DNA from: the human T2T-CHM13v2.0 reference genome, Homo sapiens
Assembly (NCBI RefSeq): GCF_009914755.1
Contig: NC_060945.1
Strand: one strand, 5' to 3'
Length of the DNA: 64,000 bases
This document shows, one piece after another, positions 13,251-27,829 of the stretch. Position 1 is the first letter of the stretch. Each line of letters begins with the position of its first letter. The position numbers and the translations under genes were made by a program. The notes below the pieces were generated by a model that did no database searches, was not told the DNA's origin, and saw only the letters and a list, made by a program, of their open reading frames with translations.

Positions 13251-14283
13251 TTGTCCTGAGAAGTTTTTTGGGACTTTCAGATAGGAGATAATATGTTCTG
13301 AGTCTTGGGTATCTCAAATTATAGCAGGTAAGAAGTTTTACTTGTCTGCAGAGCAGAGTGCCAGTGCATAATTTTATGCCGAAGAGGGAATAAAGAGAAT
13401 TCTCTAATTAAAATTTGAATCAGAAATATGGCTATTTTTATGTACAACAATCTCTAAGGCATCTTGGAAAGGAACTAGCTGCCTGATTTTTTTTCATTTG
13501 AATCCACTAATACATGGAGAGGATGATTCTCCCATACCAATCACAAGAATGATATCTGTAGAATCAAAAGTTGAAATCCTATTATCCTAGAACTTTCTTC
13601 AGAAAACTTGAACATGTATTGAAATGTCATGCTGGTCATATATTTTATAACAATGAGGAATTTACTTATTATATACTTTAGATTTTTAGCACTTTCCCTG
13701 CCCACCAGAAATGTTTCTTTTGAATCCAATTTTGTCCTCAGAGATTTAGAATGTTAAGGAATGTATAGGGGTTTCTTTTTTCTTCTTCTTTTTTTTTGTC
13801 AAGCTATTGTATATTTTTACTTTACCTGTTTGGTTATGTAGTTACTATTTGTTTATATTCTCATACCAGAAAAAGAATTATAGTGAATTTTACATGTACG
13901 GAGTCTTCATTAATCTGTATAAACTGACAAGTTGAGAATATCAAAGTCAACACTGTAAAAAATAAAGTGATATTTTATCTGGTCTATCTCCTTGCAAATA
14001 AAAGAACAATAAATTCTGTACTATTATGAAATATATGAGCTTGAAAATTTTTCAAGTGCCTTGTATAGAATGGCCTTTGAATTCAAGGTATAATCTACAA
14101 CAAAACACTTTCGAGATCTAGTTTGATTGCAGAGTGCATTCTTACACATTTATATATTCTCTGCAATTTCTGATTCAAGATATTTCACAATTCTAAAGGA
14201 AAACCAAAATAGAATAATAATTACAAAACAAAATAAAAAGTAATTGAGGAAGATATTTGAGCAACTTATTCTTGACAACTAGC

Positions 14284-15941
14284 TTTTTTTTTTTAATTGA
14301 TCATTCTTGGGTGTTTCTCGCAGAGGGGGATTTGGCAGGGTCATAGGACAATAGTGGAGGGAAGGTCAGCAGATAAACAAGTGAACAAAGATCTCTGGTT
14401 TTCCTAGGCAGAGGACCCTGCGGCCTTCCGCAGTGTTTATGTCCCTGGGTACTTGAGATTAGGGAGTGGTGATGACTCTTAACGAGCATGCTGCCTTCAA
14501 GCATCTGTTTAACAAAGCACATCTTGCACCGCCCTTAATCCATTTAACCCTGAGTGGACACAGCACATGTTTCAGAGAGCACAGGGTTGGGGGTAAGGTC
14601 ATAGATCAACAGGATCACAAGGCAGAAGAATTTTTCTTATTACAGAACAAAATGAAAATTCTCCCATGTCTACTTCTTTCTACACAGACACAGCAACCAT
14701 CCGATTTCTCAATCTTTTCCCCACCTTTCCCCCTTTTCTATTCCACAAAACCGCCATTGTCATGATGGCCTGTTCTCAATGAGCTGTTGGGTACACCTCA
14801 CAGATGGAGTGGTGGCCGGGCAGAGGGGTTCCTCACTTCCCAGTAGGGGCGGCCGGGCAGAGGCGCCCCTCACCTAACGGACGGGGCGGCTGGCTGGGCG
14901 GGGGCTGACCCCCCACCTCCCTCCCGGACGGGGTGGCTGACCTGGCGTGGGCTGACCCCCACCTCCCTCCCGGACGGGGTGGCTGCCTGGCGGAGACGCT
15001 CCTCACTTCTCAGATGGGGCGGCCCGGCAGAGACGCTCCTCACCTCCCAGAGGGGGTCACGGCTGGGCAGAGGTGCTCCCCACATCTCAGACGATGGGCG
15101 GCCAGGCAGAGGGGCTCCTCACATCCCAGATGGGGTGGCAGGGCAGAGGAGCTCCCCACATCTCAGACTATGGGTGGCCGGGCAGAGACACTCCTCACTT
15201 CCTAGATGGGATGGCAGCTGGGAAGAGGTGCTCCTCACTTCCTAGATGGGATGGCGGCTGGGCAGAGACGCTCCTCACTTTCCAGACTGGGCAGCTAGGC
15301 AGAGGGGTTCCTCACATCCCAGACGATGGGCGGCCAGGCAGACGCTCCTCACTTCCCAGATGGGGTGGCGGCCGGGCAGAGGCTGCAATCTCGGCACTTT
15401 GGGAGGCCAAGGCAGGCGGCTGGGTGGTGGAGGTTGTAGCGAGCAGAGATCACGCCACTGCACTCCAGCCTGGGCACCATTGAGCACTGAGTGAACGAGA
15501 CTCTGTCTGCAATCCCGGCACCTCGGGAGGCCGAGGCTGGAGGATCACTCGCGGTTAGGAGCTGGAGACCAGCCTGGCCAACAAAGCGAAACCCCGTCTC
15601 CACCAAAAAAATACGAAAACCAGTCAGGCGTGGTGGCGCATGCCTGCAATTGCAGGCACTCGGCAGGCTGAGGCAGGAGAATCAGGCAGGGAGGTTGCAG
15701 TGAGCCAAGATGGCAGCAGTACAGTCCAGCTTTGGCTGGGCATCAGAGGGAGACCATGGAAAGAGAGGGAGAGGGAGACCGTGGAAAGAGAGGGAGAGGG
15801 AGACCATGGGGAGAGGGAGAGGGAGAGGGAGAGGGCATTACCTTCTTTTCAAAGGCCTATTTCCTTTGCCTCCGTAACTGTTGTGGGTATTCATGGCTAG
15901 ACTTCTAAACCTCTTAAAACTCCCCAACTCTGGTGCCAACT
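14284..15941 (-). mobile_element. Full-length SVA retrotransposon (SVA_C/D-like, tentative) with 5' extension
   Basis: Poly(T) 14284-14294; SINE-R ~14295-14790; GC-rich VNTR ~14790-15370; Alu-like domain ~15370-15755; (AGAGGG)n hexamer ~15760-15835. TSD TTGACAACTAGCTTTTT at 14272 and 15942, followed by AA (TTTT/AA L1 endonuclease site). Confidence 0.97.
15836..15941 (+). mobile_element. HERV-H internal (protease-region) fragment lying inside the SVA TSDs
   Basis: Translates LPSFQRPISFASVTVVGIHG*TSKPLKTPQLWCQL, matching my recollection of HERV-H protease (LPSFQGPVSLASITVVGIDGQASKPLKTPQLWCQL). Confidence 0.82.
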
Positions 15942-16259
15942 TTGACAACTAGCTTTTTAACAAACAGAAAAGTGCACTAAAAATACTGCCTAGTTGTTTA
16001 AAGTAGGCTGAGATCTGACTGTATCCCCTAAGTGAGTGTCATAAAGAAAAAATTACCTTTGAGGGAGCACAGTGGTTAAATTTAAAAGATTTATTGTTTA
16101 ACTTCAGGAAGACTTTCAGTAACTTTTTATAAATTGTATACAGTTAATGGAAGACATGCTATGCTTCTTGTAAGAATTTGTTCCAAATCACTGTGTATAA
16201 TTAATGGCTTGTCTACATATTTTTTCAATAAAACTGTTCATGCAGAATTTTAAGTAGGC

Positions 16260-16407
16260 ACTTTCAGTACCAGAATGAATTTATCTTTGTGAAGATACCA
16301 TTTATGTACCATAACATCCAAAGCATAATGAGGAGATTTTGATACACTGCAGATTTAGAACTGAGTTGGAAAACAAAACTTCAAGATACTGTCTTGTCAG
16401 CAAAAAG
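16260..16407 (+). repeat. 148-bp segment duplicated non-tandemly at 17003-17150
   Basis: Ungapped match at offset 743, about 10 mismatches in 148 by eye. Confidence 0.92.
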
Positions 16408-16856
16408 CAAATAAATTCATCACTGTAAGTTGAGATTTAAATTCACAAACTTATAAGCAATAAAATCAAAGTAATTTTATTATAAGTTTTTTGACACCAG
16501 ATTATATGTGGTAAATAATTTACTTTCTAATCAAGCAATTGACACAATAAACCTGAAATAGAGAGTGTTGCCTTTTAATTAACTCATTGTTAAGCAAAGA
16601 ATGGTTGAAGCAGCAGTTGAGAATTATCTTTTTCTCTTTTTGCTGTTCTTACAAGGACAGTTTCTAGAATTGTTTTCAAAACAATAGAACAGAAAATTTC
16701 ACTTACTCATTTAATTTAACTTTTGTTAAAGTACTTTGCCAAAATTAGCAAACTATGAAAGGAAAGTTTGCCTTTTCAATATATATGTAAGTGGCAAGTA
16801 AAAGATGTTCTTAAATCACGTGATCTCATAGAAATAACATGGGATAAAAAGAGTTC

Positions 16857-17559
16857 TGAAGGTGTTCAGGAAATGCCAGTCCTAAATGGATTGCTTTGGT
16901 GTACTGATTACATCGAACTGAAAATATTTGAAAAACAACAAACGTGGGACATGCTTTCTCTGCACTCCCTTTACGTTCCTCAAGAGAGATCCTCCAAAAG
17001 GAACTTTCAATACCAGAATGAATGTATCTTTGTAAAGATACCATTTATCTACCATAACATCCAAAGCATGATGAGGAGATTTTTATACACTGCAGATTTA
17101 GAACTGAATTGGAAATCAAAACTTCAAGATACTGTCTTGTCTGCACAAAGACATTCATCTCCTTCCTAGGAGTTTCATCAGCCAGGGAAAATTGACTCCT
17201 CATATCACAGGAGACAAGACTAAGGGTCCATACCACACTAAGACAGACTGCCACAAACTATCATCTATTCTCCTAAGGGTCTGGTCATCTTTCCCAAAAG
17301 TCATTTGCTCTCCCCTAAGTTTCCTACATTCTTCCTCCTGCCTTCCCTATAAGCTCCTAAATCTCCCTGGGGTTTTTTCTTGGTGGTGTTTTGTTTGTTT
17401 TGTTTTGTTTTTGATTCCACTTTTCTTTCCTGTGATACCCCCATGCGTGTAATAAATGTGTACACATTTTCTTCTTTTGACATGCCTGTTATCCATTTAT
17501 TCAATAGACTCAGTTATCATACCTTCAGAGGGTAGAGGGAAAGTTCTCCAAGTCCAATA
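16857..17559 (+). mobile_element. Solo ERV1 LTR, MER34/MER39-like
   Basis: Starts TGAAGGTGTTCAGGAAATGCC, contains AATAAA, ends CCTTCAGAGGGTAGAGGGAAAGTT..CCAATA. 4-bp TSD GTTC at 16853 and 17560. Confidence 0.78.
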
Positions 17560-19194
17560 GTTCCAAAAGAAAATAGCTAGTAACTGCAAATGCAAAAGTC
17601 ATATAAACTTTGAGACAAAGTTAGCTTCTTAGACGATATGTTCAGAAAGAAGAGGTGTGTTGCACACCAAGGGACATTTCCCTGGTCTTAGCTCCTAAGT
17701 TTCTCTGAGAAGAAACAGTTACTACTACAGCAGTTAAACACCTGACTCCCAAATTATAAAAGCCTAAGTGATGATTTTAAATCATTAATTATCACCTGTG
17801 AATCATAAAGTCTGAACTCTTTAAATTGCAAACACACATATAAAAGGGATTCTTATACAAGGATCCATGAGTGGAACTGCAAAGTTTTGTCAAAATCTGT
17901 ATATATGTTTTCTTTTTAAGGGTCATAGATTTCAATATATGTTAAAAGATATCTGTAGCTAGTAAAGATTAATAACCATTTTCAGTTTTGTGCTGAAATT
18001 GGCAAATCATGGCTTTTCTCCCTCCAACACACCCCCTCCCGCCCCAGCACACCACTGGTTAATCTTTATTTTCAGGAGAGAAAAAGATGTTTCATATTAA
18101 TAAAGGTAGATTATACACTTGTTTGTTTTATACTTTTCCACCTCTTAAGCTTAATCGTGTTTTAATAATATATAATTGAATACATTAACATTTAGATGTT
18201 AGTAAACTAATAACAAATGTTCATGATTTCTCTTGAGTAGAGGAATACAAATTTTGCACCCATTGTTGTATAGAATGATTTTTAGAAGCTCATTCAATCC
18301 CTCAGAAGTTTAAGACTTTCTTTCAAGAATTTATATATAAAATTTTTACTTAGAAGCAGATAGCTCACAAAAAGTATGGGGTTTTTTTTTGGATTATAAA
18401 TAAACTATTCCACTCACCAAGATGCTGAGACATCCTACTTTCTGGTATTTTGAAATGAAAACAAAACACAAGAATGTGACGATGAAGCAAGTGAAAATTA
18501 AAAGGGTACAGACTTTAGAAGTATCATAAGCTAAAAATAAAGTGAAACAAATCTGTAAAGGAACCAGAAGCCCAGGCAGATATAATACAGTAAATTATGA
18601 GAAGCTAAAAAAATGAGGGGGTGACAAACAATAAAGTGAAAATCTCTGATAAAGCCAAAACTATTTGAATGGCAGTCAACAAAACAGAAGAAAAAAATGA
18701 CACTCATAACAAGGCAGAACTATGGAAATGCATCCCTGGGGGTAAGATAATAGAGTTGTGAATTAGTGGAGGCGAATCACCAATACTGGCCAACTAAAGC
18801 CCTCTAACATAATTCAAAGGATGGAGAAATTCTGTAGCTGAAGATAAAATGTCTGAAATATATTATGGTATAGTCAAATGAGTGTCATTTCTAATATACA
18901 CACTTATTTTTCAAGAGTTGATAATATGAAGTAAAAATTTAGTATGCAAAGTTCAAATTTTCCATTTGTTGAGTAATTCATTTTTATTAAATATTTCCCA
19001 ACAATTAAACTAAAGTGGTACCAGAACAGAGTAGACATTCTGAGCTTTCACTTTACAAAAGCTACACATAAATCTACATAATTTTTAAGGGTATAAACAA
19101 AGTCAGAGCCTGTGTGATATTTCAATAAACAATTGGAGAAAATTTTTCTTTAAGAATAGATTATATACATATTGACCTCTTTGAGATCCTTATT

Positions 19195-20997
<1,803 letters not shown>

Positions 20998-21034
20998 AGA
21001 TCCTTATTGTGAGAGTCAGTTCACAATCTGGGTT

Positions 21035-21335
21035 GTTTTGTTTTGTTTTGTTTTGAGATGGAGTCTCTCTCTGTTACCAGGCTGGAGTACAGTGGCACAG
21101 TCTTGGCTCATGCAACCTCTGCCCCCCAGGTCCAAGTGATTCTCCTGCCTCAGCCTCCCAAGTAGCTGGGACTACAGGCACGTGCCACCATGCCCAGCTA
21201 ACTTTTGTATTTTTTTTAGTAGAGATGGGGTTTTGCCATGTTGGCCAGGATGGTCCCGATCTGTTGACCTTGTGATTTGCCTGTCTCAGCCTCCCAAAGT
21301 GCTGAGATCACAGACGTGAGCCACTGTGCCCAGCC
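21035..21335 (-). mobile_element. Alu (AluSc-like)
   Basis: Full antisense Alu with (GTTTT)n tail; TSD-like AATCTGGGTT at 21025 and 21339. Confidence 0.92.
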
Positions 21336-22914
21336 CAGAATCTGGGTTTTAACCAGATTTGCCATTATAAAATGACATGAAACCAAAACCACCAGTCAAT
21401 ATCTGTAGCAGTGTTATTGTTGGGAAGCATGCACGTTTGTTTGAGCTTATTTATATATACAGAGCTGTTTAGCTTAATCTTTAAATTGAAAATTTTTAGT
21501 ATTTTTAGAATGTTTTCGATACTTTGATGAATAAATTTTGTTTTAACAAACTACTATTAAAAAATTATAGGTTATATATTTCTGAACACATTGGCAGATG
21601 TAAATGACATTTATATTCACACAATCAGTTTTTCTTGCACAGAAATGACATTTTGTCAAAAAGTTAAAATCTTTGAAATGTATTTTCTGTCCTCATCTTT
21701 CCCCTTTTGAGCATTTTTCTCCCCCTGGGTTGGTTATAAAATGTTCCCTAACTTCAGGCATCTGATTGAATTTTGGGTTTTCTCCCTTCCTACCAACTCA
21801 TATGGATTGGTAATGATCTGATAGAAGACAATTGCCAAAAATCAATCAAATGTGTTTTAAATTAAACTTCTCCAAGATAATATTCATATTAATCCTTCTT
21901 TAATTGCTGAATGAGGAATAATTGTTCACTGACCCTTAAAATCCTAAAACTTAATCAGCTCACTGGAGTGGATGAATGGATATTTGTCCAGATGAGAATG
22001 CTTAAGGTCTACTTCAAGGAGTTCATAATAGTAAAAATGTCCTTTTCTTCCATCAGAAGCTTCATCCTGGATCCTTTCATCCTTATTTTTCTACTAGCTC
22101 TCCTTCTCCAAATACACTGACTTGGAACCCCAGTTTCAGTGGTGGACTGCGTGGATTTGATTCTTAGCTATGCTATAATGAGAAAGTAGCTCTAACCCTA
22201 TTCTCATTCTCTTCACCTGTAATATAGAAATCATCATCAGACAATATACAGATAGGGGCCAGTTCTTTCACAGATAATAATAGGTGAAAATGGAGAGTAT
22301 GTGGGTGTAGACATGGGAAAGTGAGTTTAAATGGTTTCAGGAGTCTGTGGAAGTTGTCTTTGGATGATTCAATGTTCTCAGGGAAGCACAACCAAAAAGA
22401 CATTGAGGATTTCTGGGCAAGTGTTAGGGATTAGAGACAGGATAAGATACAAAACTAGGTAAATTAGAGAATGAATAGATTGGAACATATGTAGTACGAT
22501 TGATTGATAGGCAGCACTGAGATTCTCATTTTCAAGTGGGATATTTTTCAATTTGATCCATATAGCTAGTTGCTCAAATATATGTGGGGATTTGGTGGAA
22601 ATTTAGATCTAACCAGGGTTATTTTCCTGGTTAGATTCAGCAAAGTGAAAGAGAAACAAGGAAGTTGAAGTTTCCTGGGAATGGTTGGCCATGGAATTTA
22701 GGCAGGAGAACAGGAAATAGAGTACATCAAGTAGGTAAGGGTCATTGTGAATATGATAAAATAATAGTTTGGAGGTCTCAGAGAGACTGAAAAATTTTAT
22801 GTCAGCGTATGAAAGGGAATGATTAAAGGAGGAGCTCAGAGAATGGGATGAATGAAATTGTGACTACAGAGAAGTTCCTATTATAAGTAACGACGATGCT
22901 TCACTCAGTCCCTC

Positions 22915-23098
22915 TGGAAGTGTGGTCCCTGTGCTAGCAGCATCAGCATCACCTGGGAACTTACTAGAAGTGCATATTCTCAGGTTACAGCCCCAGATCT
23001 ACCAAATCTGAAATTCCAATAGCAGGCCTCAGGAATCTCTTATTGTAACACAACTGTGGGCAGTTTTGAGGCACACTGTAGTTAGCACAACTGGTCTA
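22915..23098. mobile_element. MER5A-like hAT-Charlie DNA transposon remnant
   Basis: aagtgtggtccc..agcagcatcagcatcacctgggaacttactagaagtgcatattctcagg motif. Confidence 0.7.
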
Positions 23099-23109
23099 GG
23101 GTATGTCCT

Positions 23110-23790
23110 ATTTGGTCTTCCTCCCCAGTTCACAGTACAGAGCTCCTAAAACTTGAAGTTTCCTGATAGAGATGAGAGGACCATCCTTTACTAGTCATAG
23201 TCCCTTTTAGCCATACCTGAGTTTATGCTATTGACATGACATGAGTGCTGGCTGGAGACCCGTATAGCTTCAGGGTGTGTGCTGGACATCAGAAACATGA
23301 AGGCATAACTAGATGGTTGAAACTGCCAGCCCTCTCCTCCATCACCTCTGAGGTGCTGGGAGGGTGATAGAGTGATATACTTAGAGGTCATATGGCAGCT
23401 TTGTGCCCCTTTTCACCATACCTGGCCCTATGTGTCTCTTCTATTTGAGAGTTCCTGATTTGTATCAGACAGTAACTGTAAGCAAAGTGCTTTCTTGGGT
23501 TCTGTGCGCCATCTTAGCAAATTATAGAACCTGGGGAAGGAATCCATGGAGGTCCTAATTTATAGACAGTTGGTCAGGAGTATGGGAGGCCCACAACTCC
23601 TCTCTAATGGTGTGGGGGCAGTCTTGTGGGCCTGAACCCTGAACTTTTGGGATCTGATGCTATCTCCAGATAGATAGTCTCAGGATTGAATTGAATTGTA
23701 GGACACCATTTGGTGTCCTGAGAGTTGAAGAATTGATTGGGGTGAGACTGAATCCACAAATTTGATCTCAGAAGTTTGAGTAGAAATAAT
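23110..23790 (+). mobile_element. MER21-like LTR
   Basis: cagagctcctaaaac..., gttctgtgcgccatcttagcaaattatagaacc and gggatctgatgctatctccagatagatagt..gaattgaattgtaggacacc resemble MER21B/C. Confidence 0.7.
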
Positions 23791-24553
23791 TCTGTTGGAA
23801 AACATTATTGTTAGATCAAAGGTGTTCATAGAACTGAGAGATCAAAATGGCAAGGAGTCATCTATGATTACACATTGTTGACTTAAACTAGAATTAAGAC
23901 AAGAGTATGTCAAAGAGAGTTACATTGAGCCAGGGATAAAAATAATCAATTGATTGATTAGAATGTAGTAAATGCTATTTTAAAAAAAATTAATCTTTAC
24001 TTAATTAATGGAGATACTTAATTATCTCCATTTTGACTTTAAATTTATAATTTAAAAATTGCTATTTTATCTATTTTCCATAAAAGGAAATTGAAAAGCA
24101 ATAGCAAAATACTTCGACAGAAAATCTACCCTTCTTATTCCCAAGAGGAAGAATGGCCAACTACCTTAAGCACAAAGTTAGAAAAACTTTCATAATTTTT
24201 TAAGTTGCCATATTTTACAGCTTTGAACAAGTCGAATTGTTAACTAGACTGCCCAGGGAATGGAGCCATCTAATATAATTTCCTTACTATTTAGATAAGA
24301 TCTTTGTTGTTGAAAGTCTTAATCATTTTTAATGATCCTGTTTTCAGAGCCTGATATTAATGATTCGGGAAACTCATTAAATGTAGTTATGCATCTGATT
24401 TGAAAATCATGAGGGGGATTTTTGGTCAGATATGCATAGGAAATCTATGTCACTAAACATATGTCCCTGCTACCCATGTCACAACCTTTATGTCTACTCT
24501 TGAATTGAGGTTTTGCTACGTTTTATTTTTGAGGTTTAAGAATTATTCATTTA

Positions 24554-24674
24554 GGTATCTGGGTGCAGCGCACCAGCATGGCACATGTATACATATGTAA
24601 CTAATCTGCACAATGTGCACATGTACCCTAAAACTTAAAGTATAATAATAAAAATAAAATAAAATAAAATAAAA
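24554..24674 (+). mobile_element. Very short young L1 3' end (L1PA2/L1HS-like)
   Basis: GGGTGCAGCGCACCAGCATGGCACATG..GCACAATGTGCACATGTACCCTAAAACTTAAAGTATAAT with (TAAAA)n tail. Perfect 16-bp TSD AAGAATTATTCATTTA at 24538 and 24675. Confidence 0.93.
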
Positions 24675-27075
24675 AAGAATTATTCATTTATCTGATGGAA
24701 AATTGTGTTTCTCTTGTTAGAATAGAGCCCAATTTATCTTTTCTATTTTTCATGGAGACATGAAAGGATGTGAATTTAGAATCAGAGAAACCTGAGTTCC
24801 ACCATGCTTTCTTCCTCTTGCAATCCATGAAATCCACAGTGCGTTAGTGGATATTACAAAACCTCTGGTCTCACCTTATTAAGATGGAAAAAAATAATAC
24901 TAATTGAAAGAATGAATGTGATAATGAGAAGAAATGGCGTCAATAAAGTTTCTGGAACACAGTAAGTTCTAAGAAATGCTAGTTCTTTTCTTTCATTATT
25001 CAAAATCTAAATAGAAGCCAGTTGGTAATTCCAAGATAATAGTATGAAGACAAAAAAAAAGTTTGTCAACTGACCTTCAACCATTGAGACCTTATCTTAT
25101 AGGAAGCAAAATTAACAAATATTTTCTCCCTTCTACAAATGTACACCCTCTGGGAAAGAAAGACAGTGTTCCAATCAAGACGATGACAGTATTCTGTGCA
25201 CACATAGGAAGGGAAGAAGAATAAGAGAGAACCTTTAAAAAGACAATTTTAGATAGGCATCCTATTTTTACCGGCAATAATATTTTTTAGAACTTACGGC
25301 ATACAAAATAGACCTTAAATGGACTCAGTGTTGAGAAATTTTTATAAGGCTGCTTTATTTTCTTCTATGGTAAATCTAGGAACCAATAAAATAGCTTTGA
25401 TAATTCACTCATTACATTCTTTCCTAACTAAACTATTTACATTATAAACTTTGTTGATATGCTGTGCTTTTACATTAATAATTCTCATGTTTCTCATTTG
25501 TGAATACATGAAAACTAGTTGTAAAATAAGGAAAATGTAATTTTGAAACAACTTCAAAAACAGTTGCATAATTTAACAAATGTTTATAAATTTTCGTCCT
25601 TACTCTAAAACCATAGATATCCTAAAAGTGATTGAAGGTAAAATGATTTTTTAAAGAACTGGATTTCTCACCATGAGTTATTTTATCTCCATACAAACTG
25701 TGGTAGTGTTATACAATGGTTAAGAAGAAATTACTTAAAAGTGAGAATAAAGATACAGCTTATTAACACTTCATTTTGTGGATGAGACCTGAAAAATTAA
25801 ACTTTTCTTCTAGAAACAAGTTGTAGTTGTGTATGTAGAGTGTGAATAGGTAGTGTCCATATTTTAATGTCATTATTTAAACAGAAACATGTAATTTGCA
25901 CTTCAAAAACCTACTACAAATTAGCTGTATCATTTGGAAGTGTCAAAATTATCTCTTTAATGATCAGATAGGCTTTTTGCTCATTGTAATGAGATGTTCT
26001 TATAAACCAAATTTGAAAGACAAAGACAGAGTTTGGAGTCTTTAATTCTTGGTAAAATCAGTAGCTCTCTTTAGGGCTATATTTGCAAAATACTATTTCT
26101 ACTCAAGCATATTTTTATTTACAAGGCACTTCACAAATGTTGACCACAAAGATGCTTCTACCTAGCAGAAATAATTATAGTTACTTATAGTTGTCTAGGA
26201 ATATCTTAAACATGGGGTTTTAAAATTACTTTCAAGAACAAGAAGAAATGTTATACCAGGCATTTTTGCAACTAGTGCTCTATTTCAGTGCAATATTTGT
26301 GGCAATTAAAAAACACAAATGGCTTGTATATACAGCTAAGATATCAAAAGAAAAATATGCAAAGGCATGATTATTTTATAAATGTGCCACATATGTGACT
26401 TGAGGTACAAAACCTCTAAGTTTAAAATTGTATTTTTAAAAAAGAAATCAAAACAGACAAGTGGGCAATGAGTTATGGATACTATTATAGGGTACCCTGA
26501 TAAACTAGTAAGAAGAAGACTTTTGGTACTGAAAATTCCAATTAACCACATGCCTCCGTTAAGTCCATGATCACTGCCAATTTTTACTCGCAAAGGCTGG
26601 AGCTAGAGTTATGTGGAATTCCATATGTATCTAAACCATAGATTTATCAATTATCACTTAAACACAACTTGGAGGACACTATCCAGAATTTGTAGGGCTT
26701 GGCCTTATTCTAGAGAAACATACACTGGAATAGGCAGTTGGATTTTAAATTCAGTCTTAAATCTCTTGAAAATAATGCATTTTTTTCTCAGAGATGAGAT
26801 ATTGTCCAACTCTCTTGACTTATTTTAGATTTGATATTATACAGTTCGAACACCATGGAGATTTACTAATCTGAATGAACACATACCAAATTAGTCTTTG
26901 CTCCAGTCTCAAAATCTGAGATTAATTCTGGCTGCTGAAGAAATTTTCCAGGGTTAGGAGTATGCTTCAACGCTGGTGACTGATACTACTTTCTGGTAAA
27001 CTATAGGTGACTTGTGCCCTTTCACTGCCTAAACTCACTTTGTAGAACACCATTAAATGAAAATCATCACCAGTA

Positions 27076-27358
<283 letters not shown>

Positions 27359-27385
27359 AAATTATCAGTGTTCAGTGACTCTTTT

Positions 27386-27458
27386 TTTTCATGCTGATAA
27401 ACTATTACACAGAAAAAGAAAATTTTCATGCTGATAAACTATTACACAGAAAAAGAAA
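27386..27458 (+). repeat. 37-bp-period tandem duplication
   Basis: TTTTCATGCTGATAAACTATTACACAGAAAAAGAAA occurs at 27386 and 27423. Confidence 0.9.
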
Positions 27459-27516
27459 TGTATCCATTATGGACAATTAAAAGGGCTATACAATCTCTCT
27501 CATTGTATGATTCTGG

Positions 27517-27829
27517 TTTTTTCTTTTTCTTTTTTCCTTTTTTTTAAGACAGGATCTCACTCTGTCACCCAGGCTGGAATGCAGTGGCTCTATCTTGGCT
27601 CACTGCAACCTCAGCCTCCCAGGTTCAAGCTATTCTCCTGCCTTAGCCTCCTGAGTAGCTAGGACTAAAGGCATTCACCACCACGCCCAGCTAATTTGTG
27701 TATTTTTTTAATACATGTGGGGTTTTGCCATGTTGTCCAGGCTGGTCTTGAACTCCTGACCTCAAATTATCTTCCCACCTTGGCCTCCCTAAGTGTTGGC
27801 ATTAGAGCCATAAGCCTCCAGGCTTGGCC
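27517..27829 (-). mobile_element. Alu (AluJ-like)
   Basis: Antisense Alu (agacaggatctcactctgtcacccaggctgg...); TSD-like TGATTCTG(G/T)TTTTT at 27508 and 27830. Confidence 0.9.

Noticed and set aside
14301-15900. Overlapping ORFs in the GC-rich island
   Set aside because: They lie within the SVA SINE-R, VNTR and Alu-like domains, which are non-coding; the GC richness is not a gene CpG island.
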